A stretch of 64,000 bases of DNA, taken from the NCBI GenBank assembly GCA_964016885.1, contig OZ024742.1, forward strand, positions 210,800,001 through 210,864,000, read 5' to 3'. The DNA is from Eledone cirrhosa. Lineage: Eukaryota. Every line of letters begins with the position of its first letter. Positions within the stretch are counted from its first letter, which is position 1. This document shows, one piece after another, positions 1 through 13,478 of this stretch. The notes beneath the pieces were generated by a model. That model was given only the letters and a program-made list of their open reading frames with translations, had not been told where the DNA came from and did not search any database. Made by a program: the position numbers and the translations under genes.

Positions 1-290
1 TTCTCTTGTACTTTTCTTAAAAAATTGATATCAAGTGGGCAGCTGATCCCTACAACAGAGCATGTTTTCAATGTGTGGTCCCAAACAACAAGATCAGGCC
101 GGTTGTGCTTTAATTTGGTGGTAGTTTTTTTATTTTCAGGTTCCACCAGTATTCTTTAGAGCTATCTATCTCAACATATTCCTCCTCATTTGTTTTTAAT
201 TTTGTTTTCTTAAGTGCGCTTCAGATGGTGCTAGCTATCACATCGTGTCTCATAGGGAGGTAGTAGCGAGACAACATTCTTTCACAGTAT
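1..290 (-). mobile_element. R4/Dong-clade LINE 3' fragment (restriction-like endonuclease region), degenerate
   Basis: The minus strand reads KHNRPDLVVWDHTLKTCSVVGISCPLDIN, a PD-(D/E)xK RLE motif region. It is paralogous to 590-850. Confidence 0.65.
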
Positions 291-419
291 GTATGTATGC
301 ATGCATATATGTATGTTCTCTATTTCTCTTAATTTTGAGTTTATTTCTGACCAACCATCCTCCCGGTGGCAAGGTTGTAAAGAAAAGAAATTGTAGCTTA
401 TGAATTAAGGAGTGACATT

Positions 420-1045
420 CTTTCTCCACGAGTCCAAACTCAGTTATACTTTGGTCCAGGTGCTGGTATATAAACTGTAGCTCCAATAATGACAGGTATG
501 AAGCTGAAGGTGTATCTTAGATACTGGATCTGAAAACTCCCCATCAATACTCCATAGATATCCTCCTTCCCTTGCATTTTTCTTACTACATTGACATCAA
601 GTGTGTAGCTGACTTATACAACAGATCATGTTTTCAATGTGTAGTACCAAACAAGAATATCAAGCCAGTTGTGCGTTAATTTGGGGGGCAGTTTTTAATT
701 TTAGGTTCGACCATTATTCCTTTGAGACATCAGCCTCAACATATTCCTTCTATTTGATTTGATTTTCATCTTCCATAATGCCTTCAAGATCATTCTAGCT
801 ATCACATCCTGCCTCATAGGGAGGTAGTAACGAGAAGACATTCTTTCACAGTTGGCAATAATGTGGCTAACATCTTCAATCTCTGTTGTGCATAGCCTAC
901 ATTTATTGTCAACTGATGACCTTCTTTTGTACAGTAGGTACTTGGTGGGGATTTCTTGTTCCTGGATTGCATGGAGGTATCCTTCAATGTGGGATTTAAT
1001 GAACTTGTTGGAACTCCATATCAAGCTTTAATATGGTTCATCCTC
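420..1045 (-). mobile_element. R4/Dong-clade LINE fragment (CCHC knuckle plus RLE), degenerate
   Basis: ORF 701-1024 reads AIQEQEIPTKY...DNKCRLCTTEIEDVSHIIANC...YYLPMRQD, typical of the R4/Dong C-terminal zinc knuckle. Frameshifted RLE sequence follows. Confidence 0.7.
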
Positions 1046-1897
1046 TATGTATGTATTTGTGTGTGTGTGTGATGAGGTTTAATTATGTCCCACAGAGTCA
1101 ATTAAAAGTAAATTAAAAGGTGGATACCATACTTAAAAATGAAGTATAGGCTGGTGCCTGGAAGGGCATCCAGCCATAGAAGAAAAAAAAACTGCCTTAA
1201 AAACTCTCGATCAACTCATGGAAAAGTGGACATAAAACAAGGATGATAATGAAATATGTGTGTGTGTGTTTGAGAAAGAAAGAGAGAAAGAGTTTATTTC
1301 AATGATTTTTGTGTGATTTTTTTTTTTTTCGTATTCAAGGAAAGAAAACAACTATTCGTGGGTAGTGTGACAGTGTGATCTATTTTCTCTGAAAAAGTAT
1401 AAAAATCAAAAGGTTATACTTTATTCTGTTAACTTGTTTGAACATATAACTTAATGTTTGATGATATTGACTCACCTTTAGTGTACTCATTCATGCAAAA
1501 TATATTGACCTATATTTCTGGCAATAATTTGAAGCTTAGAAATTTAGTATGAAAGCTTTGATATTGTAGATAATCTGTCTGGGTTTTTTTCCTTTCCACT
1601 GACCAGCCATTATTTTAGTCACATTGAATTTAAACTAAAGAAACTGAACAGTTATTTAGCTGCATTATGGATAAAACATTCAAAAGAAATGTTAATAAAC
1701 AAGTATATCAATTGGAAATATTACTTAAGTAACTTGCATATCAAACTATTTGTAATGTATCTAGAAATATCCTGTGACTTATGTGCTAGCCTTCTTTGCC
1801 TTCAAATTTTTGAGGTCATTGAAATAATTTTATACTGATGAGGATTTCTAAAATTGGCACAAGATTACACAACTGATGTGAAGGCTCAGTCACTTAA

Positions 1898-2118
1898 CTC
1901 TTTCGTTGCCAAACTGACTGAAACTGGCTTTCGTTCTATGAAACAAAACCATCCATTTTAAATGGTTCTTATTTAAAATTTCCAACATCATTTTGTATAA
2001 GAACCTTATGTTAAGTTATTCTCTTAGTAATAAAATAATAATTTTAGTAAATCTCTGGAAAATGTTTAATTAATTAATTGAAATAGTGTATTTCATTAGA
2101 AATACAGTAATCAAAGGG
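1898..2118. mobile_element. piggyBac-type MITE (family 2)
   Basis: TTAA on both flanks, ends CTCTTTCGTT...ATCAAAGGG; similar to 53219-53451. Confidence 0.6.
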
Positions 2119-2589
2119 TTAAATTATCTTGGTATATATTTTATCAAGTGCGGAAGGATAAGAGGCAAAGTTGATCTCCAGTAAGATTTGAACTAAGAAC
2201 TTGAAAATATTGTGTCCAGCACTCTAGCAGATCTATCAGTTACATCATGATAATGTTGATTTCTAACATAAAAAAGAATTATACAACTTTTTTGCTGTTG
2301 GTGGTGAGAGGTGGGTACTTGACAGGTACATATTTCATCAACCCTAGGGTGAAAAACAAAGTCTGGATTTAAACTCACAATTTAAAAGTAAATTACAAAA
2401 GACAGCAAGGAACTGTCCAGCACAGTACTGATTATGCAGCTGTAACTTCTTTATGACCTATCTCCTTCTCCTACAAGAATTGTCAAAGTACTTCTCTGTT
2501 GGTTATAAGAGAAATATATAGAAAGTGGAATAATTAATTGAATCAACCATAGTATTTTATTAATCCTCCTCCTCATCCTCCTCCTTCTT

Positions 2590-3050
2590 CTTCATCCACT
2601 TATTTCTGAGAGGGTTGTGGGGGCAGGGCCCTCAAACACTCTTTCCAGTGGATCCTGTCAGAGCAACCATCTCCAACTAATCTGGCTGGATCTTCAAGTG
2701 AGACCAGTCAAGCTCATGGATATTATCTAACCATCTTGCTCAGGGTCTTTCTCTGGATGTCTCCTGCCAGTTGGTTTTACTCCTAAAATCTACCCATCGT
2801 TTCTTTCCTGAGACATTCTAACCACATGCCCATAGTATTGGAGCTGAGATCTTTCAGTTTGGAGAAATAGGTGTTCTACCTGGAGTGACTCTCTGATCTC
2901 CAAGCTAAACACTCTATTGAGTAACATTACTCTAAAAAACCCCTTTGGAGGAACCCCATTTTGGCTACTTGTATTTGTGATTGTATTCTTTTGGTCATTA
3001 CCCAAGATTTATAACTATAGGTAAAGGTTGGCACAATATCAAATTGAAGA
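2590..3050 (-). mobile_element. RTE (Rex3/Expander-like) LINE 3' fragment, degenerate
   Basis: Peptides TFTYSYKSWVMTKRIQSQIQVAKMGFLQR and LQVEHLFLQTERSQLQYYGHVVRM lie in broken frames. Confidence 0.7.
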
Positions 3051-4314
3051 AAGCAAGTTTTTTTTATTAATCCTTGAAAGGTTAAAAGGACAAAGAGGGT
3101 GCCCCTAGTAATATAGGCTGCAAGCATTATCTGATACAGGCCTGTATATTTTGAGTAGAGTGAAATAATTTTTTTTAAATGACAGTTACTTATAATACAA
3201 GTTTCATCCAATGATAGATCTATCACTGGGTGAAACTCGTATTACAAGTAACTTTCAATTTTTAAATATAAAATAAAAATGCACACATTTATCATTCCCT
3301 CTCTCTCTCTCTCTCTCTGCAATTGCGTTGGCTTTTTACAATCCTATTCTTCTTTATTCCTCATTCCCTTCCTCACCTCGCCTCCTCTTCCTTTCACTTA
3401 TACAAACAAAATGTCAACAACAAAAAACAGCTGTTTAAAAAAGCATACTTATAATACTAAGCATTAAGACATAAAAAATAAGTTTTCTCTTTTAGCTCTG
3501 GCTATCTGAACATTAATAACTGTATATGATTTCCACTGTAATCCCATCAAAATATTTGATTATTTAGTCAGTAAAAGTAACAGCTTTACCTGGAGAAACT
3601 CTTTGATTTCTACGTACTCTATCGTGTAATGTTACTCTAAAGGCCTATAACAGAATACTCCTATGTTTTACCGGCAAAGATTCGAAACCGAATCTGAGGT
3701 TTCTCGCCTCTGGGATCACCCATTATTGGAAGGTTCCCATCATTGTTCTGTCAAGACATCAATGATAAACGTACATACTACTTGACCTGTGACCCCAGCT
3801 TCCTGGGAGACGATATCCACATGGCTGATCATAAATCAACCTCATATACACATTCTTCTAACTATAGAATTATTATAAATACAAGGACTTAAGGAATCTA
3901 ACAGCCAGAGGGACCAAAGCAAGCAGTCCATGTTAAGGTTGACGATGTAGCAGACCTTTTACTCTTTCTCTCTCCTGGCCCTTACTGACTTTCACCTTCT
4001 CGGCCACAGACGACAACCAGACAGTCAGACATGAAGCAACAGTCCTTGAGACAAATAACGTATTCTAAGAATAGACACACACACACACACATAGTAAGTT
4101 CATGTTGTTTACATTCTACGCTCACTCTATTCTTCCGTCTCACTGTGATATTGTACGTCGAATCGATACATGCATGCACGCTAGCTTGAAGTAGCTAGCC
4201 AGCAAATTAATATAGGGATAAATTCTGTCACATATTGTTATTGTAAAATAAACATTATCAACATCACAATCATGGCATTATTCTTCTTATCAAACATCCA
4301 TCAAAGAATAACAT

Positions 4315-4740
4315 TTATCCACTACAGGCCCTTCTGAGTAACCCCATTTCAGCTGCTTGTATTTGTGATTGTATCCTTTCAGTCATTACCCAATTTTCAT
4401 AACCATAGGTAAGGTTTGGCATGAATACTGAATTGAAGATAGTGAGTTTGGCTTTTATACTTACCTCTTTCTTCTGATGACCAAGTGCTGAAGCTGGTGC
4501 ATTAATTACTGCACCAGCTCCTGCAATTCTTGCACTTAATTCTGACTCCTGCCTTCCATCTCTCTTGAATATGACCTCCAAGATAATTGAACTTCTCCAC
4601 CTGCTTCTGTGGAACTCCACTCATATGTACAGTACTCTGCGCAGGCTTCCTTGAGAGGATGAGTGTCTGAGACTTTGCAGTACTGATTTTCATTCTTGCT
4701 ATGCAGGATCAATTGGAGACAGTTGCTTCTGACAGGACCC
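4315..4740 (-). mobile_element. RTE (Rex3/Expander-like) LINE RT fragment, degenerate
   Basis: Peptides MKISTAKSQ, QVEKFNYLG and FNSVFMPNLTYGYENWVMTERIQSQIQAAEMGLLR occur with frameshifts. Confidence 0.7.
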
Positions 4741-5235
4741 ACTGGAAGGCATGACCCTCCCAGAAATAAGTAGCCGAAGAAGAAGAAGAAGAAGAAGAAG
4801 AAGAAGAAGAAGAAGAAGAAGAGTCAATAAAAGCTAATACTACATGCCATCATGTATCTACCAGTTCTAAAGGGAAGTGCAACTTACAACCTCTTAACAT
4901 GTTCTGGCAATTTGATTCAATATTAGATACATGTAGTTGTTTGTAAGATGTTCAGAGAAATATCACTGAAAACCTCTTCTAAAGTACCAAACCATGTTAA
5001 CAAGCTGTAAGAAAATTCTGTCTATGATAACATCTTTTAACATTTGCAGCTCACAAGAATGTGATGATGCACAACAATCAACATGTTGTTTGTAATTGTT
5101 TACAGAGAGTTCATGCGGAACCCATTTTCCAACCTTTGACACTTTACTAAGCCTTTTAGATACTTAAGACATGGAGTGCTCAAGTTTGATTACACCATTA
5201 TTGTTTGTGAAGATCAACAATATATATGTGTCTGT

Positions 5236-5271
<36 letters not shown>

Positions 5272-7422
5272 ATGTATACATACATACATACATTAGTTAG
5301 TTTAGATGGTGGATAATTCTCTAAAAGACGTGTATTTTACACTTTCTTTTCAGAAAACGAAGGTTGACTTAGTCTTCTGTTCATATAAATAGTTACTTCC
5401 AATTACACTAATTTAAATGCCTCCCCATTACCTTATGCATGTGTGTGCATAAGCATAAATGCGTACATGCAAACACATAATTGTGCAGAGCATTCTAATT
5501 TTCCAGAAAATCGTATGCTTTGTTCAGTGTGTAGAACTAACAAAGATACTGGCAATGTTGAAAACACAAAAGAACTCTAACCCTTTTGACAAAGAAAACT
5601 TTAATGAATCCTTTTGTATTGATCAAACATTGTTTATTTCTTTTGTAAGTATCATCATCGTCATCATCATCATCATCATCATCGTTTAACGTCTATCTTC
5701 CACGCTAGCAAGGGTTAGACGGGAATTGTCCTACTTGAGGCAAGATTGAATTTAAGAAACAAATTCTCCTATTTGTTCACATTTTTATTTCATTGAAATT
5801 ATATATTGGGAGAAATGTATTATGTACAAAACGAATTCCTTTGCTATTACAAGGAGAATATAGAGCTTAAAGTTTTCAGATGCCATATATATCCCAGTAC
5901 TGCTCACAGAACAGAGCCATCTTGGCTAAGATGTGGAGGAAAAAATATTTCCATAAAGTTTGTGATGATAATTTTGGTAGGAGATCAAAATGATTAGATA
6001 CAGTTTGAGAAACAAGAGAGCTTCATAGCTGTGTGATGGATAGCGGCATACTTTACAGTTAGAACTGCAAGAACTCGGGTGTTAGGTAAAAACTATCTAG
6101 ATTATACAATTGGGTGATTTTTCTCCAAGCATTCTATGCCTTATTTTTCCATAAAAACAGCCATAAGTGAACTACTTGGGAGACTTGGGGCAGTAACTTT
6201 TTGTTTTGTAGAGTATGTGCGGAAACACACGTGAGAAGATGGTTTCAGTCACCCACTTAGCGGTTTCTTATAGGTCAGCAGTCAAGCACATGTGTTGCCA
6301 GAGAAAGTTAGCACATAACTTGCTGAGCTCCAGCTAGTCAGCTGAACTAAAGGGATTAAGGATGGCATTATGTAGTATGTGAATATGAGTTGGGAAGTTG
6401 TAATAAGGCAGTAGTCAGATGACACTGTAGATGCAGAGAGGCTAATGATTTGGTAGTGGTTGGTTTGGGAGGTGAGAAAGAGATTAAGGGTGCTTGTGGT
6501 GTCTGAGTGTCAGTCAGGGATGTATGTACAGGGATGACCTTGCTTACTTCTCATTATCTGAACACCTCTAAAGGGATTTTTAGTCTTGAAATTGCAAAGA
6601 TAGTTTCAGTAGATTAAAGTTTTTTCACTTGCCATATTCAGATGGCGAGATTTTATTTGTATGTATTCACGTCATGCAGAGTGCTCCCTTCAAGCCATTT
6701 CATTTCTCTCCTTTGTTCACACACACACACTCACATACACATATTATTGATTTTCACCTTTTTTTTAGCAATTTTTTATTTTATTTTGATAAATATTTCA
6801 TATAATGCCTTAAACTACAGCTGACCACTGCCAAAGCAAAAAGCAGTCATCTAACTGTTGTGCATATTTATTTATTTATGACAGGCACTAGTGAATACAA
6901 AAACAGAATGTTAGTATGTAATTGAATATGTTTATATTTTCATTTAGAGAAAACAAAGCTTATCGCTATTTCTCTTCCTTTCTTGGTTTCAAAAGAGTTA
7001 AAATATGAGGGAGGGTTTTTTTTCGTACTTTTTTTTTTCCATTGGATATCTATGTGAGATCAGTGTTCATGCAAAAGCATCTTATTCAGAACAGCGGGCA
7101 TGAAAAATGCAAAAATCATTATTTTCTTTTCATTAAAGAACAAGTGAAAAAGATTCGTAGTTTGTCTTTTTATAACTGGTTGATGTGCAGACTGAGAATA
7201 AGAATACTGAAGATCAGCTTGCCATTACTGGTACCATTGCTACAAATATTTCCAGATAAATCTTTGATGGTATAGATGGCAGACAGGGAGAGCTATAGCT
7301 ACTATTTTTACTAGAAGTGGTCATGTCATAAAAAGAAAAATCCTAAATTTCCGTATCTTGGCTTAATATTAAAATCTGACTGATGACAACAGTTGAATTC
7401 TCTCACTCTTTGTATGTATATA

Positions 7423-7512
<90 letters not shown>

Positions 7513-8658
7513 TATATTATCACCATCATCATCATCATCAATTTTTTCGTTGATGTCTCCTTGCTGGCATGGGTTGGACCGGACTTTTTGAGGCAATATT
7601 TTACAGTTAGATGCCCTTCATGCTACTAACCCTTTTAATTGCTTCTTAAGACGTGCACCTATTCTAATCCGGATACACACAAATGTAAGATATTTTCATT
7701 TCTAAACATAGTTAAAAAGAACATAGAATTTACATTTTGAAATCAATTATTGAGAAAAAGAACATACCCTTTGATAACATCCAAGTAATAATGATTCTAG
7801 CTGTCACATGCATTGAAACTCCTGCAGAACCACTCAAAAATGATATTATACTGACATAACTCACTATTTTACATTTATTTCCACTGCTTGCTTAGGTTAG
7901 ATGAGTTGTAATGCTCTATGGCTTTCTCATATGTTCCATTTTGGCATTATTTCTATGACTAGATGCCCTTCCTAATGTCCACCAATTCACAGCGTCTACT
8001 GGATTTTTTTTCTCATGGTACCACCACTACCATCTGACAGGGTGGACTAGGTTCTTTTTTTGAGGCACCAACACTACCAATTTACAGTGTGGACTATGTA
8101 CATTTTATCATGAAACCAACAATTCCACATTCCAGCGTAGACTGAGTGCTAAGTACATTTTGCTGTGGTACCATTTTATTGTGGTGCCATTTTATTGAGG
8201 GGAGTGATAGGGAGATGGGGTGGGAAGGACAAGAGTGGTGTTTGGCAACCTTTTACTAGAAGGAAAGGGTGGTGTAGCCTTAGGGTAAATGAGTGATGTC
8301 TGACAATATTGTGGGGGTGATCCCAGCTTTCCATGCTTGTACTGCTGAGCAAGGAGGAGGGGAATTCAGGGAGAAATTTGGCAGTGTAAACTGTGCAGGG
8401 ACAGTGGGTTTCAGAGAGTCAATGTTAAATGGTAGGATGGTCTTGGTGAGAGAGAGAATGAATAAACAAGCAGTGCCTGGCAGTATGATGAAAGTGAATC
8501 TGCTTTTGAGTAGGAGTCAGAGATATGAATGTAGGAGGGAAGGAGACTAGATAGTTGGAGGAAAGACTATGGTGGGAGAGGAGGAGATCATGTGTGCAAG
8601 GGGAAAAAACTAGGGAAGGGGAAGGGGTGATGGAAGGAACAGCCTTAGTGTTGTACAT

Positions 8659-11600
8659 CTCTTTGTCTTTTACAACCATCCACCCCATGATTCTCTCTGT
8701 CTTTTACAACCATCCATCCCATGATTCTCTCTGTCTTTTACAACCATCCACCCCATGATTCTCTCTGTCTTTTACAACCATCCACCCCATGGTTCTCTCT
8801 GTCTTTTACAACCATCCACCCCATGATTCTCTCTGCCTTTTACAACCATCCATCCCATGATTCTCTCTGTCTTTTACAACCATCCACCCCATGATTCTCT
8901 CTGTCTTTTACAACCATCCATCCCATGATTCTCTCTGTCTTTTACAACCATCCACCCCATGATTCTCTCTGTCTTTTACAACCATCCACCCCATGATTCT
9001 CTCTGTCTTTTACAACCATTCACCCCATGATTCTCTCTGTCTTTTACAACCATCCACCCCATGGTTCTCTCTGTCTTTTACAACCATCCACCCCATGATT
9101 CTCTCTGCCTTTTACAACCATCCATCCCATGATTCTCTCTGCCTTTTACAACCATCCATCCCATGATTCTCTCTGCTTTTTACAACCATCCATCCCATGA
9201 TTCTCTCTGCCTTTTACAACCATCCACCCCATGATTCTCTCTGCCTTTTACAACCATCCACCCCATGATTCTCTCTGCCTTTTACAACCATCCATCCCAT
9301 GATTCTCTCTGTCTTTTACAACCATCCATCGCATGATTCTCTCTGCCTTTTACAACCATCCATCCCATGATTCTCTCTGTCTTTTACAACCATCCACCCC
9401 ATGGTTCTCTCTGTCTTTTACAACCATCCATCCCATGATTCTCTCTGTCTTTTACAACCATCCATCCCATGATTCTCTCTGTCTTTTACAACCATCCACC
9501 CCATGGTTCTCTCTGTCTTTTACAACCATCCATCCCATGATTCTCTCTGTCTTTTACAACCATCCATCCCATGATTCTCTCTGTCTTTTACAACCATCCA
9601 CCCCATGGTTCTCTCTGTCTTTTACAACCATCCATCCCATGATTCTCTCTGTCTTTTACAACCATCCATCCCATGATTCTCTCTGTCTTTTACAACCATC
9701 CACCCCATGGTTCTCTCTGTCTTTTACAACCATCCATCCCATGATTCTCTCTGTCTTTTACAACCATCCATCCCATGATTCTCTCTGTCTTTTACAACCA
9801 TCCATCCCATGATTCTCTCTGCTTTTTACAACCATCCACCCCATGGTTCTCTCTGTCTTTTACAACCATCCATCCCATGATTCTCTCTGTCTTTTACAAC
9901 CATCCATCCCATGATTCTCTCTGTCTTTTACAACCATCCATCCCATGATTCTCTCTGCTTTTTACAACCATCCACCCCATGATTCTCTCTGTCTTTTACA
10001 ACCATCCACCCCATTGTTCTCTCTGTCTTTTACAACCATCCATCCCATGATTCTCTCTGCTTTTTACAACCATCCATCCCATGATTCTCTCTGTCTTTTA
10101 CAACCATCCACCCCATGGTTCTCTCTGTCTTTTACAACCATCCACCCCATGATTCTCTCTGCCTTTTACAACCATCCATCCCATGATTCTCTCTGCCTTT
10201 TACAACCATCCATCCCATGATTCTCTCTGCTTTTTACAACCATCCATCCCATGATTCTCTCTGCCTTTTACAACCATCCACCCCATGATTCTCTCTGCCT
10301 TTTACAACCATCCACCCCATGATTCTCTCTGCCTTTTACAACCATCCATCCCATGATTCTCTCTGTCTTTTACAACCATCCATCCCATGATTCTCTCTGC
10401 CTTTTACAACCATTCATCCCATGATTCTCTCTGTCTTTTACAACCATCCACCCCATGGTTCTCTCTGTCTTTTACAACCATCCATCCCATGATTCTCTCT
10501 GTCTTTTACAACCATCCATCCCATGATTCTCTCTGTCTTTTACAACCATCCACCCCATGGTTCTCTCTGTCTTTTACAACCATCCATCCCATGATTCTCT
10601 CTGTCTTTTACAACCATCCATCCCATGATTCTCTCTGTCTTTTACAACCATCCACCCCATGGTTCTCTCTGTCTTTTACAACCATCCATCCCATGATTCT
10701 CTCTGTCTTTTACAACCATCCATCCCATGATTCTCTCTGTCTTTTACAACCATCCACCCCATGGTTCTCTCTGTCTTTTACAACCATCCATCCCATGATT
10801 CTCTCTGTCTTTTACAACCATCCATCCCATGATTCTCTCTGTCTTTTACAACCATCCATCCCATGATTCTCTCTGCTTTTTACAACCATCCACCCCATGG
10901 TTCTCTCTGTCTTTTACAACCATCCATCCCATGATTCTCTCTGTCTTTTACAACCATCCATCCCATGATTCTCTCTGTCTTTTACAACCATCCATCCCAT
11001 GATTCTCTCTGCTTTTTACAACCATCCACCCCATGATTCTCTCTGTCTTTTACAACCATCCATCCCATGATTCTCTCTGTCTTTTACAACCATCCACCCC
11101 ATGGTTCTCTCTGTCTTTTACAACCATCCATCCCATGATTCTCTCTGTCTTTTACAACCATCCATCCCATGATTCTCTCTGCTTTTTACAACCATCCACC
11201 CCATGGTTCTCTCTGTCTTTTACAACCATCCATCCCATGATTCTCTCTGTCTTTTACAACCATCCATCCCATGATTCTCTCTGTCTTTTACAACCATCCA
11301 TCCCATGATTCTCTCTGCTTTTTACAACCATCCACCCCATGATTCTCTCTGTCTTTTACAACCATCCATCCCATGATTCTCTCTGTCTTTTACAACCATC
11401 CACCCCATGGTTCTCTCTGTCTTTTACAACCATCCATCCCATGATTCTCTCTGTCTTTTACAACCATCCATCCCATGATTCTCTCTGTCTTTTACAACCA
11501 TCCATCCCATGATTCTCTCTGTCTTTTACAACCATCCATCCCATGATTCTCTCTGCTTTTTACAACCATCCACCCCATGATTCTCTCTGTCTTTTACAAC

Positions 11601-12805
11601 CATCCATCCCATGATTCTCTCTGTCTTTTACAACCATCCATCCCATGATTCTCTCTGTCTTTTACAACCATCCATCCCATGATTCTCTCTGCTTTTTACA
11701 ACCATCCACCCCATGATTCTCTCTGTCTTTTACAACCATCCATCCCATGATTCTCTCTGTCTTTTACAACCATCCATCCCATGATTCTCTCTGTCTTTTA
11801 CAACCATCCATCCCATGATTCTCTCTGTCTTTTACAACCATCCATCCCATGATTCTCTCTGCCTTTTACAACCATCCACCCCATGATTCTCTCTGTCTTT
11901 TACAACCATCCACCCCATTGTTCTCTCTGTCTTTTACAACCATCCATCCCATGATTCTCTCTGCTTTTTACAACCATCCATCCCATGATTCTCTCTGTCT
12001 TTTACAACCATCCACCCCATTGTTCTCTCTGTCTTTTTACAACCATCCATCCCATGATTCTCTCTGCTTTTTACAACCATCCATCCCATGATTCTCTCTG
12101 TCTTTTACAACCATCCACCCCATTGTTCTCTCTGTCTTTTACAACCATCCACCCCATTGTTCTCTCTGTCTTTTACAACCATCCATCCCATGATTCTCTC
12201 TGTCTTTTACAACCATCCATCCCATGATTCTCTCTGCCTTTTACAACCATCCACCCCATGATTCTCTCTGTCTTTTACAACCATCCACCCCATTGTTCTC
12301 TCTGTCTTTTACCAGCATCCATCCCATGATTCTCTCTGCTTTTTACAACCATCCATCCCATGATTCTCTCTGTCTTTTACAACCATCCACCCCATTGTTC
12401 TCTCTGTCTTTTTACAACCATCCATCCTATGATTCTCTCTGCTTTTTATAACCATCCATCCCATGATTCTCTCTGTCTTTTACAACCATCCACCCCATTG
12501 TTCTCTCTGTCTTTTACAACCATCCATCCCATGATTCTCTCTGCTTTTTACAACCATCCATCCCATGATTCTCTCTGTCTTTTACAACCATCCATCCCAT
12601 GATTCTCTCTGTCTTTTACAACCATCCATCCCATGATTCTCTCTGCCTTTTACAACCATCCATCCCATGGTTCTCTCTGTCTTTTACAACCATCCATCCC
12701 ATGGTTCTCTCTGTCTTTTACAACCATCCATCCCATGATTCTCTCTGTCTTTTACAACCATCCACCCCATTGTTCTCTCTGTCTTTTACAACCATCCATC
12801 CCATG
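8659..12805. repeat. 34-bp minisatellite, about 120 copies, unit TTCTCTCTGTCTTTTACAACCATCCA(C/T)CCCATGA
   Basis: Directly visible tandem array with a few recurring variant positions. The ORFs predicted here are artefacts of the repeat. Confidence 0.97.
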
Positions 12806-13292
12806 TTAATGAAGTCAAGTTGTAAAATGGAGAAGGGAGACTAGGTAGGTGGGGTGTAATTAGTCAACCAAATATTGTGGCACAGATCCATCTTCCAAGT
12901 TAAATCATGCCTTGGCCTAGCTGAGAACCATACTGTGCATTCTGAAATGTAGTGACAAATTGTATGGGTGCAGTCTGACAGTCTGGGCATGTTAATATCC
13001 TTGAGTTACCCAGTCATTTTTATACACCTGTAAGTATGGAACAACTGATGTAAAGTGATGATGATGCAAGATTCCAGTGGTGGCAATAGCTGGCTGCAAG
13101 GTTGACTTTATTAGAGCATAAAAGTCACTGTTCCTCTGCACTTAACAGTTCCATTTCATGCAGAGTCGTATCTTCAGTTATTTTTTTATCTCGTTCGTAT
13201 CTGTTGGAATAATTTGTGTGATGTAAAAAAAAAAAATCTCTCAAATATCATTCAAGTAGCATTCAAACCGTGACTGCATGTCTTTTCTGGCA

Positions 13293-13478
13293 TGTGGATT
13301 GGCAGTATTGGTAGAGGGTCGGACGCCATGCTTTGAAGCATAGAGTTACCTCCCTGTATGATCTGAGTTCAAATCCCGCCGAGGTTAACTTTGCCTTTCA
13401 TCCTTATGGGGTCGATAAAATAAAGTACCAGTAATGCACTGGGTAATTGCTGGCCTTGTGCCAAAAGTAGAAACAATT
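13293..13478 (+). mobile_element. tRNA-type SINE family 1
   Basis: A-box-like TGGCAGTATTGG, B-box GAGTTCAAATCC, core TTTGCCTTTCATCCTTA(C/T)GGGGTCGATAAAATAAAGTACCAG, end GTAGAAACAATTA; many copies in the window. Confidence 0.8.

Noticed and set aside
1830-1860. CTGATGA matches at about 1836, 7380 and 55807
   Set aside because: No properly placed GAAA..UH with pairing stems; such matches are expected by chance.
8659-12805. CRISPR-like array or repetitive protein gene
   Set aside because: The units are contiguous with no unique spacers, 34 is not a multiple of 3, stops are frequent, and the context is eukaryotic.
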